DNA from: a virus
Taxonomy: Duplodnaviria > Caudoviricetes
IMG/VR virus record: IMGVR_UViG_3300048011_000299
Span: 1 to 54,049 of that record
Strand: one strand, 5' to 3'
Length of the DNA: 54,049 nucleotides
The notes beneath the pieces were generated by a model. That model had not been told where the DNA came from, did not search any database, and was given only the letters and a program-made list of their open reading frames with translations. How positions within the stretch are numbered: position 1 is the first letter of the stretch; each line of letters starts with the position of its first letter. Both the position numbers and the translations under genes were made by a program. Below, piece by piece: positions 52,203-54,049 of this stretch.

Positions 52203-52972
52203 TGGGCATAGTCGAAGGCATGTCAAATGAGGTGTACCACTCCCAAAGTGGTATATCCTCAACCGCCGTTAAGACGGTGTACAAGAAGTCTCTTGCCCAT
52301 TGGAAGGGCGAGAAACGCAAGCAGACATCTGCTTTCTCTATGGGGTCTGCCGTTCATGCTCTCCTGCTAGAAGAAGATCGTGACTTAGTTATTAAGGGGC
52401 CGAAGACTAGGGCGTCTAAAGGCTTCAAAGAGCTTGAGGAGAATGCTGAAGATGATCAGGTAGTGCTTACTGAAGTAGAGTATCACGTAGCACATCGCAT
52501 GGCTCAGGAGACCCTGAAGAATGAGACCTGCCTAACTGCTCTACGGCATCAGAACCGTAAGAATGAGGTCTCTATATTCGCTGAGTGTGAGCGTACTGGA
52601 TTAATGCTTAAAACAAGGCCTGACCTCTACATACCTTCAGAGGGTACAGTCTATGACGTTAAGACTACTCAAGATGCCAGCCCTACAGGGTTCGCGCAGG
52701 AGTGCTGGAAGTACAGTTACGATTTACAGGCAGCATTCTACTTATACGTGTGCAACTTAGCTGGTATCTTAGTAGAACGCTTTCATTTCCTTGCCGTGGA
52801 AAAGGCTGCTCCATACGCCAGCCATATGCACGTAGTCAGTCCAGAGCTACTAGCGAATGCCACGGAGCGTATGCATAGGACACTGGCTGTCATTAAGGAC
52901 GCTAGTGATAAGGAAGATTTTGGTACTGGGTGGGGCGAGTATACAGTCCTAGACCTCCCGAAGTGGCTATAA
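52202..52972 (+). CDS. PD-(D/E)XK exonuclease (RecE / exonuclease VIII-like, DUF3799)
   Basis: MSNEVYH..ISST, GSAVHALLLE, KTRPD..DVKTT, YDLQAAFY. Confidence 0.85.
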   Translation: MGIVEGMSNEVYHSQSGISSTAVKTVYKKSLAHWKGEKRKQTSAFSMGSAVHALLLEEDRDLVIKGPKTRASKGFKELEENAEDDQVVLTEVEYHVAHRMAQETLKNETCLTALRHQNRKNEVSIFAECERTGLMLKTRPDLYIPSEGTVYDVKTTQDASPTGFAQECWKYSYDLQAAFYLYVCNLAGILVERFHFLAVEKAAPYASHMHVVSPELLANATERMHRTLAVIKDASDKEDFGTGWGEYTVLDLPKWL

Positions 52973-53340
52973 CCCCACAGAGTGCCAAAGCGAAGGGCCG
53001 AAGACATCAACAATGGGTCAGAGATAAAATTCTCGCTCTCTTTCCCAAAAAGCTCCTCCCAGACGATGTCAGAAGCACTTCTATGGGCGCTGGCGGCGAA
53101 GACGTACAACTTAGTCCTGCCGCCAGACGCCTGTTCCCATACTCCGTAGAGTGCAAGGCATTTAAATCATTCGCAATCTACAAGGTGATGGACCAAGCGG
53201 CAGAGAACTGTCCGAAGGGTGCGGAGCCAATCGCCATTATCAAAGCAGATCGCCAAAAACCTTTGGCTGTCATGGACGCAGACCACTTCTTTAAATTGAT
53301 TGGGAAAAATAGTGCCAAAAATAAACCTGCCCGAAAATAG
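52963..53340 (+). CDS. PD-(D/E)XK endonuclease / Holliday junction resolvase-like
   Basis: SAKAKGR, STSMGAGGEDV, FPYSVECK; GTG start re-called. Confidence 0.7.
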   Translation: MAITPQSAKAKGRRHQQWVRDKILALFPKKLLPDDVRSTSMGAGGEDVQLSPAARRLFPYSVECKAFKSFAIYKVMDQAAENCPKGAEPIAIIKADRQKPLAVMDADHFFKLIGKNSAKNKPARK

Positions 53341-53629
53341 TATTCACGTAATGCTTACTCTTGATCCTGACAGTGGCAGCATGACCCTGTCCAGCCAAGG
53401 AAACATCCCAGAAACCTTAGACCCAGAATATGTGAAAGCCATGATGGATATATCCAATGGCCTCTGCATGATTTTGGAAAATGGTGTCGAATATCTAGCC
53501 ACAACCGGCTCCATTCTAACTGCTCTCGAAGAAGAGATGAGCGAAGAGGTGGTCTTTGAACCGGATGATGAGCTTCTGGATGCCGTGTCAGACGCAAAGA
53601 TTATTGATTTTAGCAAAAAGGTGCATTGA
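53300..53629 (+). CDS. Hypothetical protein (about 105-109 aa)
   Basis: Acidic; C-terminal KIIDFSKKVH; start uncertain. Confidence 0.6.
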   Translation: MGKIVPKINLPENSIHVMLTLDPDSGSMTLSSQGNIPETLDPEYVKAMMDISNGLCMILENGVEYLATTGSILTALEEEMSEEVVFEPDDELLDAVSDAKIIDFSKKVH

Positions 53630-53928
53630 TGAACGCTCGCAGTACAAAAATGACTTACGAAGATCATCTACGTGAACCTATTGATCAAGACCCTATGCCC
53701 ATCATGGATGTGGTCCATAAGCCGCCTCACTACAATAATGCGGGTATAGAGTGCATTGACGCTATGGAAGCTATGGTAGAGGGCGCTGATGTACAGCCTC
53801 ACGCCGCCTACTGTTGGCAGAATGCTTTTAAGTATCTGTGGAGATGGCCTTACAAGTCTAAGCCTCTGGAAGACCTCAAGAAAGCCCGTTGGTATCTGAA
53901 CCGGTTGATTGAGGAGCTTGAAGAATGA
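53629..53928 (+). CDS. DUF3310 / SaV-like protein (T7 gp1.7-like nucleotide kinase family)
   Basis: VHKPPHY..IECIDA..NAFKYLWR..EDLKKARWYL. Confidence 0.85.
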   Translation: MNARSTKMTYEDHLREPIDQDPMPIMDVVHKPPHYNNAGIECIDAMEAMVEGADVQPHAAYCWQNAFKYLWRWPYKSKPLEDLKKARWYLNRLIEELEE

Positions 53929-54049
53929 TCACTCAGGAAGATATCGACGCAGTGGCTGAACTAGCAGAGCCATTATCACAAGCTGGCTTACATAATATGC
54001 CAGATGACTGGGATAAACATAGGCATCCCTCGCCTCTGGAAATGGTATC
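53925..54049 (+). CDS. 5' part of the MazG-like gene (continues at position 1)
   Basis: ATGA overlap; GAGGAG RBS; in frame with 1..390. Confidence 0.8.
   Translation, partial: MITQEDIDAVAELAEPLSQAGLHNMPDDWDKHRHPSPLEMV

Noticed and set aside
54021-54049. Biological direct terminal repeat
   Set aside because: It is very short and falls inside a coding sequence; better explained as an assembly overlap.

Overview
The window looks like a complete, circularly permuted genome (about 54.02 kb) of a marine podovirus of the HMO-2011 type. It has a PolA with a DnaJ-type CxxCxGxG zinc-finger insertion, a tyrosine integrase, class II RNR, ThyX and a MazG-like gene, and no RNA polymerase. The two ends overlap by 29 bp and the MazG-like ORF runs in frame across the junction. 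There are three blocks: a minus-strand packaging, virion and lysis arm (about 2.5-36.8 kb); a small-gene early island on the minus strand (about 37.6-41.6 kb); and a plus-strand integration, replication and nucleotide-metabolism arm (41.9 kb to the end, then 1-2.3 kb). A 43-bp 3' half of tRNA-Asn(GTT) at 46222-46264 is the likely attP; with DUF1127 it suggests an alphaproteobacterial (probably Rhodobacteraceae) host. The most notable observation is a stand-alone small RNA gene of about 70 nt at roughly 2395-2467, with its own sigma70 promoter and terminator. Its core is complementary to a conserved CAACCAACG..AAGGACCAAT ribosome-binding leader on at least six early genes and to the helicase start region. 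It is a candidate multi-target antisense repressor in an integrase-bearing phage where I see no CI-like repressor. Family calls rest on motif recognition by eye; no database searches were run.
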